From the NCBI RefSeq assembly GCF_000143415.4, contig NW_003314306.1, forward strand, positions 62,001 to 126,000: DNA of 64,000 nucleotides. Reading direction: 5' to 3'. This DNA is from Selaginella moellendorffii (taxonomy: Eukaryota > Plantae > Lycopodiophyta). The notes under the pieces are model-generated. The model was given only the letters and a program-made list of their open reading frames with translations, was not told the origin of the DNA and ran no database searches. A program made the translations under genes and the position numbers. Shown in pieces: positions 1 through 8,984 of this stretch (position 1 is its first letter; every line of letters begins with the position of its first letter).

Positions 1-2553
1 CTAGTTGAGCACTGATGAGCTTTGCCAACTGCATCAACGATTCAGAAAATCAGATCATGCTACATTGCATTTGCACATTACTTGTTCTTGCATGTGTTCC
101 CTTATATCAATGGATGAACCAGTTTGAACCTTCGAAGCGCTTTTAACCATTTCGTTGATAGTCCGGTACAAGCCACTGAAGCAAATTTGAACTTCCTCGG
201 ATAAGTGGCTCACGAGAGATGGATCCCAGCTGTAGACACTGTTTGATGAGAAGTTCTCGCTTTTCAAAGCTTTGCTCACCTCCTGATAGCCTCAAGAATA
301 CATCTGGTCTGTGCAGGGCTGCCATAGTAATCGGCTAAATCGTCGAGCGTCGAGCTGAGGAGAGCGTACTTTGTGTAGAAGAGCCGCAACTCCGAGAACT
401 CTGGCTCAAACATGCAAGACGCAATGCTAAAGTGGGCTGTCACGACCTTGTCACCAAAAAATGGAAGATCTCCAAACTTGAGCGCGGCCCACCACCTTTA
501 CACAAACACAACTTAATCAAGGTGTGATTTTGAGCTTTATATTGTACCTCAAGAGCGTCTGGATTTCTGATTGGTGAATTGACTGGCATGCGTTGAAGTC
601 CTCTTTTGCCAGATTTATAAAGAGCTCATTGTTTACAAAAGGCAGCCTGTAGTTGATTCCTTAAGGAATTTCAAAAGCAAATAAAGAAAATCACCTGTAA
701 ATTGTTTTGGCTATCCATATATCGTTCGGGCCGTAATTGTGAATATAAGATTTAGAATACGCCCTTGGAAGACATGAATTCCACTGGTTCGATAACTCAA
801 ACTCTACCTGAATTGAGATTGAAAATGAACTATATCAATGTGTTAATTAGATGTGTACCTCTTGGAAAAAGTTTTTCTTGGCTGACCATTTGTCTAAGTA
901 AGCTTTATCAAGTTGTGATAAATATTTATGAGCATAGTTCTTAGCTTTTGTCAAGATATTGTCGTTTGCAAAAGCGACTTGGGATGCTCTGTATAGATTG
1001 AATATATCAGAAGCACCATGATATGATTCGCCAGGGAAACAGAAGAATTTGTCTTCGCTTGACATAAAATTTAGAAATACATCTACATAAACGCATTTTT
1101 TTCCATATGTATATGCATGAATAAACAGAATAAAAGAACCTTACCTGGTGTCACCTTATATCCATGCAACCTGAGCAGACGAAAGCCCATTGATGTGTCG
1201 TCAATATCTTTGAGATAGCTGTCTCTCCCCCATCCAATTCCTTTTTTATCACTCCAATATCTATCATAAAATTGTTAGTGGACAATTGTTATTGACTATT
1301 CATACTTACTTATACACATAATCTAATATGTTTTTAATTTCAGGTTGAAAATATCGATCAATTCCTAGCCTTTCCAAGGTATCAACAATCCATAAACGCT
1401 CAAATAAATCGATAGCATATTGACATGGCACTAAAGTTATAGTTTTTAGAATATTGACAGTATCAACTCAAACAACATAAATTTACCTGAGTTTTTCACT
1501 TTTTTAACCACTCCTTTGAGATACTCCAAGCATCTGGCGTCCTTTGTGTGCATATATACACAAGCTGTGGCGGAAGGGGAACTTAGAAACGATCCATCAG
1601 TGCCTATGAACTGTAAAATCTTTTCCCAGTTGATGTGATCTTGCAATCCTTCTAAAGAATATAGAATTGTTGTTGGAATAGAATGAACCATCTCTAATGG
1701 AATCCTGGATATGTAAAGAAAAATTAGTGCATTCAACTGACTATGTTAGCAAATTTGAGCTTAATTACTTTTGCAACTTCTTTTGACGATATCCTTGAAG
1801 AATTTTTAGAGCTGGAATATCAATTGGAATGTCTAGGCCCTTCTGTTTGGCTTCCTCTAGCATCGTCATAAAAATGAGCTCAAAACCACAAAGTAAATCT
1901 CCTTTATCTTTTGTAAGTTTGTATATGTTTTGCTTGAGGAATCTTTCACCTGATCACAAAATGTTAGGAGATAACCTTGATTTATACCATGGAAACTACC
2001 TTTATTGATGTTGTCATGTCCCAGGTTCCACGTTTTCAACGCAACTAAGCATGAGACTGTGCTCAATACCCGATCATAAATTTGGAAGTGGTTCCTATCC
2101 CCCCAAGATCCATCAGGAAGCTGGTTATGAGCAATCCACTCCAGTGTTTCGGGGAATTCTGGGCAAGTAGAGTTTGACTGCGAGGGGATCCGACCAACCC
2201 AAGCTGTGTCATAAGCAGAGGGACTGATTTCTCCATCGTCCAAGGATGCAAGCAATTTTCTCATTTCCTCTATCATATATGCTTTACTGTCGGTGGTGGA
2301 TGCTGGAACTGTTTCCTGTCAAAAGCATTGTAATCAGAGTGGAACACGAGGGGAAATACCTCCTCAGAGATTCATGACAAGGAGCACTCTCCTTCGTGAC
2401 GCTTGGTAAAGCCTTACAACGTTGCAATTGGCAGGATGAAAACTTATATTCCCTGCTCTGCAATCTACAACTGATCCGAGCATAATCAGAAGAGCCTGCA
2501 TATGGCACATCATGAACACTGAAGTTGCTTCCATATGCTCTGAATGAAATCAT
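1..2553 (-). CDS. CPSKSL1: Bifunctional class II/class I diterpene synthase (CPS/KS type), probably the labda-7,13E-dien-15-ol synthase; 3' end lies outside the window
   Basis: Hand-spliced GT-AG exons: 2553-2360 (putative), 2286-2000, 1949-1769, 1704-1487, 1430-1310, 1260-1145, 1082-859, 807-695, 646-548, 495-280, 229-82, 28-<1; frame stays open. Motifs: [16 protein letters not shown], class II DIDD (1208-1197), class I DDLAD (344-330). The protein from [23 protein letters not shown] matches my recollection of Selaginella SmCPSKSL1 (from memory, not searched). Confidence 0.92.
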
Positions 2554-2956
2554 ATTAGTGATTGTAGAATCAGGGCATCCCTTTGTTTTAAGCAAAGATC
2601 TGATGTGGACTTGGACTTATTTTGAGCAACGATGACGAACACGACCGCGAAGGCTCGCCACCCTTTCCAGTCTATTAAACTTTCTCGTCAACAATCCAAA
2701 TGCGCAACGATGTGGTTAGGCCGGCATGTTTGACTGACTTGCACATCCCTGGGAGTCGTGAACGACTCTGATAATCGGAGCGTAAAAAATTGCAGACCAC
2801 TTTTGAATATCCAGCTAATTCTGTCGCGATCTCATGCATGCATCACAATTTGGTGTCATGGTTCACGACGGGCACCACGAAACTACCAAAACAACACATA
2901 GATAGATAAGAAATTCTGACAGCCTGATTTGCACTGCTGTGGAAGGTACCCAAGTG

Positions 2957-4398
2957 ATGGATAAGCCTATCAAGTCCCAGGTTCACTTGGTAACTCCAGC
3001 AATCCCATCGTCCCCTGGCTGGAACTATGAGCTCACCAATCTCGACCTCATCAATTGGATCCCCAGGCCGGAGTACCATGAGCTTGTGTTCTTCTTCCGC
3101 GACTGCGTCTCTCCGCATCATGGCGAGCGAGAGCTCCACCAAGGCCTCAAGTCGTCCCTGTCCAAAGCACTGGCCGAGTTCCCTGTGCTCGCTGGCCGGA
3201 TTTGCCACGGCGAGGCACCTTTCAAGCTTAAGGTGAATGTCAACTCCCAAGGTGTGAACGTCATTGAATCCAGGAGCGATGCGAGCCTCGACGAGTGGTC
3301 GGACCTCAGGCAGTGCCCAATTTCGGTCGATTTCTCGCTTTCTGGTGATCATGCTGATCTCTCCCAGATGCCATTGATGCAAGTCCAGGTGACAACGTTT
3401 CGCTGTGGAGGAGTGGCCATTGGCTTCCACTTTCTACACATGGTCATGGACGGGTACAGCCTCGTCAAATTTCTCACGCGATGGAGTGAGATCCACCGTG
3501 GGGTCTCGCCAGTCAACCCAAGAAATCGCCAAGACTTCACAACCGCGGTGCTGAAAGCTCGCAGCTCTCCACTCGTGGATGCCCCGGTGCCTTTCGTCGT
3601 AGAACATGCACAGCAAGACGCACTCGGCTTCGACTTTGGAGGCGCGGAAGAACACGAGTCGATGGTGCTGCGGATGGGCAAACAGGCCATCGATTCCTGC
3701 GCCCGAGAGATCGAAAGCTCCACCAAGTTCGGCTAAGGCAGAGCCACCACCTTTGAGACTGTCTCGGCATTGCTTTGGTCGTCTATAACCGCAGCAAAAG
3801 CCATTCCCGAGCATCTTGATACTTCCTACATGCTGCCCATCAACTTGCGAAGCAAAGGTAGATTTGCGCCCCAGATCCCCGAAGACTACTTTGGCAATGC
3901 CCTCATTCCATGCCAGGCATACGCTGCCAGTGCGGGACAAGTCGCGAGTGACAAGAGCTTTGCTGCCAAGCTGATCCACGAGAAGATCATTAGCTCCGAC
4001 CACCTTCGCATGCGAGTGCCGTGGACTGGCTCGAGTTAAACTCTCCCATGGCACTGCCAGCATCACTTCACTGGAAGCGAGGTTTGCTCTCCACATCTCT
4101 GGGGAGGTTTCCAGTCTATGGCATTGATTTTGGCTGGCGGGGTGGCGCATTGGCTCAGCTTTGCCTTCTTCCGACTGCTCTGCCGCCTTCGTTTGTGGCG
4201 CTGTTTCCAGCTCCAGCCCCAGAGCCGAAATCGATCGATCAGAGCAGGGGCGTCGACATACACATCCGGCTGGCGAAAACTCACAAGGAAAAGCTGCTCA
4301 ATGACGTCTTCTTCACTCGCAACTTTGCTGACAAAGAGATCTCTAGCTGGTCAAAGAGTCTGTGTAAGAAAGCCTTGAAAGTTGCCGTGAAAGCGTGA
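2957..4398 (+). pseudogene. BAHD acyltransferase, intronless, disrupted by an in-frame stop and a frameshift
   Basis: Has LAEFPVLAGR, QVTTFRCGG, the catalytic HxxxDG (HMVMDG), YFGNA and DFGW. TAA at 3734-3736 interrupts a frame that continues to about 4010; the DFGW segment (ORF 4021-4398) is in another frame. Removing 4011-4015 restores DHLRSAVDWLE. Confidence 0.88.
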
Positions 4399-4500
4399 AA
4401 GCGTCGCTGTGTTTTCCTTTGATCTTGAATAAAGACCTTCGTAATCAAACACTTTCAAAAGGCTCATGAAAGATCGTTCAAACACCATTCATATCTCTGT

Positions 4501-4509
4501 TATATAAAT
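4501..4509 (+). promoter_or_regulatory. Putative TATA box of the CYP71-clan gene
   Basis: TATATAAAT about 45 nt upstream of ATG 4553, inside a 154-bp intergenic space. Confidence 0.45.
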
Positions 4510-4552
4510 CTAGGTCCTAAATTGAATCCAATACTTCCAAGTTCTAGCTAGA

Positions 4553-6125
4553 ATGGAACACTTCGATCTTGCCCTCTACCTGGGCTTGATCCTCCTGGCT
4601 GGAGCGCTATGGAGGCAATACCGCTCTTTCAAGGTACGACTACCACCAGGTCCGCGGGGCTTGCCTTTGATCGGCCATCTCCATCTCCTGAGCACACTGC
4701 CACACCGATCCTTGCAAAAGCTGTCGCAAGCCCACGGGCCACTCATGCACCTCCGATTTGGCACAGTACCAGTGATTGTGGCGTCCAGTCCAGCCATGGC
4801 CAAGGAAGTTCTCAAGACCCACGACCTCGCATTTGCGTCGAGGCCATACCTCCTCGTCGGTGAGTACGCTGCTTACAACTTCCACAACATTGGCCTCGCC
4901 CCCTATGGCGATCACTGGAAGATGATGAGGAAGCTGTGCTCCACCGAGCTCTTCACGGCCAAGCGGATCGACTCCTTCTCGTGGGTGAGAGTGGAGGAGC
5001 TGTCCGGCATGGTATCTGGATTGCTGGCGAAATCGGCGAGCAAGGAGGTGGTGCAAATCAAGAGCTTCCTCACCGACTTTACTTTCAATGTCATGACGCG
5101 AATCCTGATGGACCGGGCCTTCTTCGGGCCGGCTGGCGCGGACTCACAGGGCAAGGCACGGGAGTTTCGGGGGATTGTGGAGGAGATCTTGCAGGTGGCC
5201 GGGAGTTTCAACGTGAGCGAGTACATTCCCAGTGCATTCAAGTGGATCGACTGGAACATCCCTCGTTTCAAGAGGCTTCATGCTCGCCAGGACAGGTTCC
5301 TCCAGGAGATCATCGACGAACACAAGGTTGGTCACGATGCTCTAGCCAAGCCTAGAGATTTCATAGACATCCTTCTCTCCTATTTCAACCATGGAGACTC
5401 TCGAATCGACTTGGACAACATCAAAGCTGTGCTTTCAGTGAGTATTTGTTTTTCAAGAACAGCTCTTGACAATTGTGTATCAGGATTTGCTGCCAGGGGG
5501 AACCGACACATCCATCACAACAGTGGAGTGGATCCTGGCGGAGCTACTTCGAAACCCACTTGCATTGAAGAAGGCCCAAGACGAGCTCGACGCGGTGGTA
5601 GGGAAAGATCGCATGGTAAACGAATCGGATTTCCCCAAGCTCCACTACCTGCACGCGATCATCAAGGAGACCTTTCGTCTCCACCCCCCGATCGCGCTGC
5701 TCGTCCCACACATGTCAAGATACGAGTGCAAGGTGGCCGGCTACGACGTTCCAAAGGGGGCTACCACGCTCGTCAATGTCTACGCGATTGGGAGAGACCC
5801 AACGGTGTGGGAGGATCCCACTCGGTTCTCTCCCGATAGGTTCCTGGAGGGGGCGGGGAAGGGCATGGACGTCCGAGGCCAGGACTTCGAGCTCCTTCCA
5901 TTCGGCTCGGGGCGACGTTCGTGTCCTGGGCTTCAGCTGGGACTGAAAACGGTCGAGTTGGCTTTGTCAAATCTCGTCCATGGCTTCGACTGGAGCTTTC
6001 CCAACGGCGGCGGTGGCAAAGATGCTTCCATGGACGAGGCTTTCGGCTTGGTCAATTGGATGGCGACTCCATTGCGAGCTGTGGTTGCTCCTCGGCTACC
6101 ACCTCATGCTTATGAGAAAGTTTGA
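4553..6125 (+). CDS. Cytochrome P450, A-type (CYP71 clan), 508 aa, 2 exons
   Basis: Exons 4553-5437 and 5484-6125 with a 46-nt phase-0 intron at the typical A-type position. N-terminal TM anchor, PPGP, I-helix GGTDT, KETFR, PDRF and heme motif PFGSGRRSCPG. Confidence 0.95.
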
Positions 6126-7175
6126 CTGTTTACTAAAACTTAAAGCAGTTCTCCATATTTTACGTAGAAGTTTCTTGGCATGTTTTACGTAGAAGTTGCT
6201 TGGCCAAGTTCTCCATGTTTTGCGTAGAAGTTGCTTGGCCAAGTTCTCCATGTTTTGCGTAGAACTTGCTTCCTTGTTGTCAAATGTAAAGACTTCTATT
6301 CGTTCATGACTTTGATTGTTGTGTCAAATTACAATATTCGCCGGTGGACTCCGTCGGGCGGCTGGGTTGTGCATCGACCCTGCCGGGCGGCATCCCCCCA
6401 AAAGGGGTCGTTCCATGGCATTTTGTTCCAAAAATAAGTAAAGCCAAGTCAATAATGTTCGGAATCTACACAGTCATTAGACTAGAGCTTTCCCGAGGAT
6501 GGCGACTCGCTACCATGACAAATTTTGACTATTTTAAAAACTTGTTTTAAGAATTTATGAAGTCTGGCTACACGTTGCTTGCCCAAGTTCTCCATGTTTC
6601 ACGTAGAAGCTTCTTGTTCAATTTCCTAGAGTTTCCCATGTTTTACGCAGAAATTGCTTGGTCAAGTTTTCCATCTTTGGGGTAGAACTTGCTTCCTCAT
6701 TGTGAAATTAAAAGACTTTCATTCCTTCAAGACTCCTAATTGTGTTTGATTCAAATTACAATATTCCATGGCATTTTGTCATGGCTAGGCTAAAATCAGT
6801 CAATAATGTTCGGAATCTACAGGTATTAGACTAGAGATTTCCTGACGGTGGCAAATTTGGCTTGTGAAGTGGATGGCGACTCCATTGCTAACTTCGGCTT
6901 ATGACAAAGTTTGACTAACTTAAAGGCTCTTGACACATGTGCTTGGCCATGTTTCACTTACAAGCTGCTTGGTCAATTTCCTAGAAGTTTCTTGGCCAAG
7001 TTTTACTATGTTTCACGTAGAACATGCTTGTGAAGGTCTTCTATTTCCTTCAAGACTCGATTGTTAGTTGAAACTGGGAGTCAAATTACAATATTCGATG
7101 GCATTTTGTCATGGCTAGGTAAGAAACTCAAACACGAAAACCAAGTCAACAATGTTCTATTGGGATCTACACTCT
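6058..7175 (+). repeat. Three diverged tandem copies (about 300-440 bp) of the P450 3' end plus 3' flank, with internal 35-bp repeats
   Basis: GGATGGCGACTC at 6058, 6497 and 6871; CAAATTACAATATTC near 6325, 6752 and 7082; AATAATGTTCGGAATCTACA at 6451 and 6802; GTTGCTTGGCCAAGTTCTCCATGTTTTGCGTAGAA tandem at 6195-6264. Confidence 0.85.
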
Positions 7176-7309
7176 GTTCGTGAAAGGAGTTGTCTGGGCC
7201 GGAGCTTAAGAAATGCGTTCTTAGTCAGTTTCCCACATGGTTAGCTATAGACAGTGGGCAAGAGCTTAAGAAGTTGAGCATACTTAGAGAGATAGCTCTA
7301 GGCGCAGTT

Positions 7310-8837
7310 ATGGTGCCTGTGCTGGTACTTTACCTTCTTTGCATTGGGGCAGCAGCACTCGCGTATCTCCAGCGATGGAGAAGATTCAAAGCGATGGATC
7401 TGCCTCCTGGGAGCCTGGGCCTTCCGCTACTTGGCGAGACCCTCCAGTTCATACGATACACCAAGAGCAACCGGCCCTGGGAGTTTATCGAACAGCGGGA
7501 AGCCAAGTACGGTAAGATCTTCAAGACCTCATTGTTTGGCTCCCCAATGGTGATGGTCAGTCCTCCCCAAGGCAACAAGCTTGTCTTCTCAAACCACAAC
7601 CTCTTGGTGGAGACTGCGTGGCCTAGCCCGATGAAGACGCTGGTTGGATCAAACGCCATAAACTTCATGTCTGGAGAGGAGGCCAAGAGCTTCCGTGACG
7701 TGCTCATGACCTTTCTGAGTGCTCAAGCCGTCCAGAGCCAAGTTGTGCCTACGAGCAATATGATTCAAGATCACCTCCACAAGCACTGGAAGCATGGGGA
7801 GACCGTGCTGGCTTATTCTCTCATCAAACAGGCTCTCTTCTCGGTCACCTGTTGTGCATTCCTCAGCGTGAGTGATGAAGAAGAACAGCTGGAGCTGCTC
7901 GAGCCGCTGGCCAAGATCATCAAGGGGCTCATCTCCTTGCCGCTCGATCTCCCCTGGACGAACTTCCACCACGCCAAGAAGGGCCGGGTGGAGCTCTACA
8001 AGATGTTTGACAAGTATATCGCGCGGAGAAGGATCGAGCTCGAGAATGGGTCGTCTTCCCAGCAAGATCTCCTGTCACTGCTTCTCAGCACCAAGCTCGA
8101 CAATGGCAAGCTCATGAACGACGACCAGATCAAAGACAACATCCTATCGCTGCTCTTCGCCGGCCATGACACCAGTTCCAGCTCGCTAGCCATGACCCTC
8201 AAGTGCCTGGCTCAAAATCCAGCCTGCTACCAGGAACTTCGCAGAGGTAAGCAAACTTGTCGAAGATTTTTGATCGAAACTTACCATGATCATCTATGCC
8301 AGAACACTTGGATATACTATCAGCCAAGCAGCCTGGGGAGGAACTCAACCAGAACGACCTCCGCAAGATGAAATACACATGGATGGTCATCCAGGAGACA
8401 CTGCGAGTGATGCCGACCGGGTTTGGCATCCTTCGCAAAGCCCTCAAAGATATCGAGATGGATGGTTTCACCATCCCAAAAGGCTGGCAGGTAATTACCA
8501 TCTCTTTTGTTTACCTATAGGAAAGAATGTAATCTCTTTGCTGCAGCTCTTAATATCGGGCTACCGGAGCTACAGAAAACCAGAGTTTTTTGCCGAGCCT
8601 TTCAAGTTTGAGCCATCCCGATTTGCAGAAGGCACGGGACCGGTTCCATACACATATATTCCATTCGGTGGAGGACCCCGGATTTGCCCGGGCATCCAAC
8701 TTGCGAAAATGCAGGTGATGGTGTTTCTTCACCACTTAGTCACAAGATATGAGTGGACCCTAGTGGAACCCGATGAACCAGTTTCCTATACCCCAGTTGC
8801 AATGCCGACTAAAGGACTGCCAATTAAGTTAAAGTAG
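7310..8837 (+). CDS. Cytochrome P450, CYP85 clan (CYP716/CYP725/CYP720-like), 471 aa, 3 exons
   Basis: Exons 7310-8246, 8303-8490 and 8547-8837 total 1416 nt in frame. Motifs PPGSLGLPLLGETLQF, KYGKIFKTSLFG, FAGHDT, QETLR, FEPSRF and YIPFGGGPRICPG. Confidence 0.93.
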
Positions 8838-8984
8838 AAATACTCAATGTATAGACCTAAGTTATTGCTAGTCAATAAAGGTACAGTCTTATTTTTTACT
8901 GACCTTTATTGACTCTTGTTGACTTTGAGCTCTTAGGATTTGCATAGTATGATTTTAATATACAAATGTATCGGTATGAAAAGC

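Noticed and set aside
2843-4150. Long minus-strand ORFs 2843-3430 and 3434-4150
   Set aside because: Antisense shadows of the BAHD coding sequence, with no motifs of their own.
5438-5839. C-terminal extension of the 428-aa ORF 4553-5839
   Set aside because: Read-through of the 46-nt intron into the wrong frame; the real P450 continues in the 5484-6125 frame.
6150-6270. 35-bp direct repeats superficially like a CRISPR array
   Set aside because: The repeats are contiguous with no unique spacers, there are no cas genes, and the context is eukaryotic.
7190-7309. Upstream TTG-started extension of the CYP85-clan ORF
   Set aside because: The ATG at 7310 directly precedes the membrane anchor; the extension has no ATG and contains a short GAGCTTAAGAA duplication.
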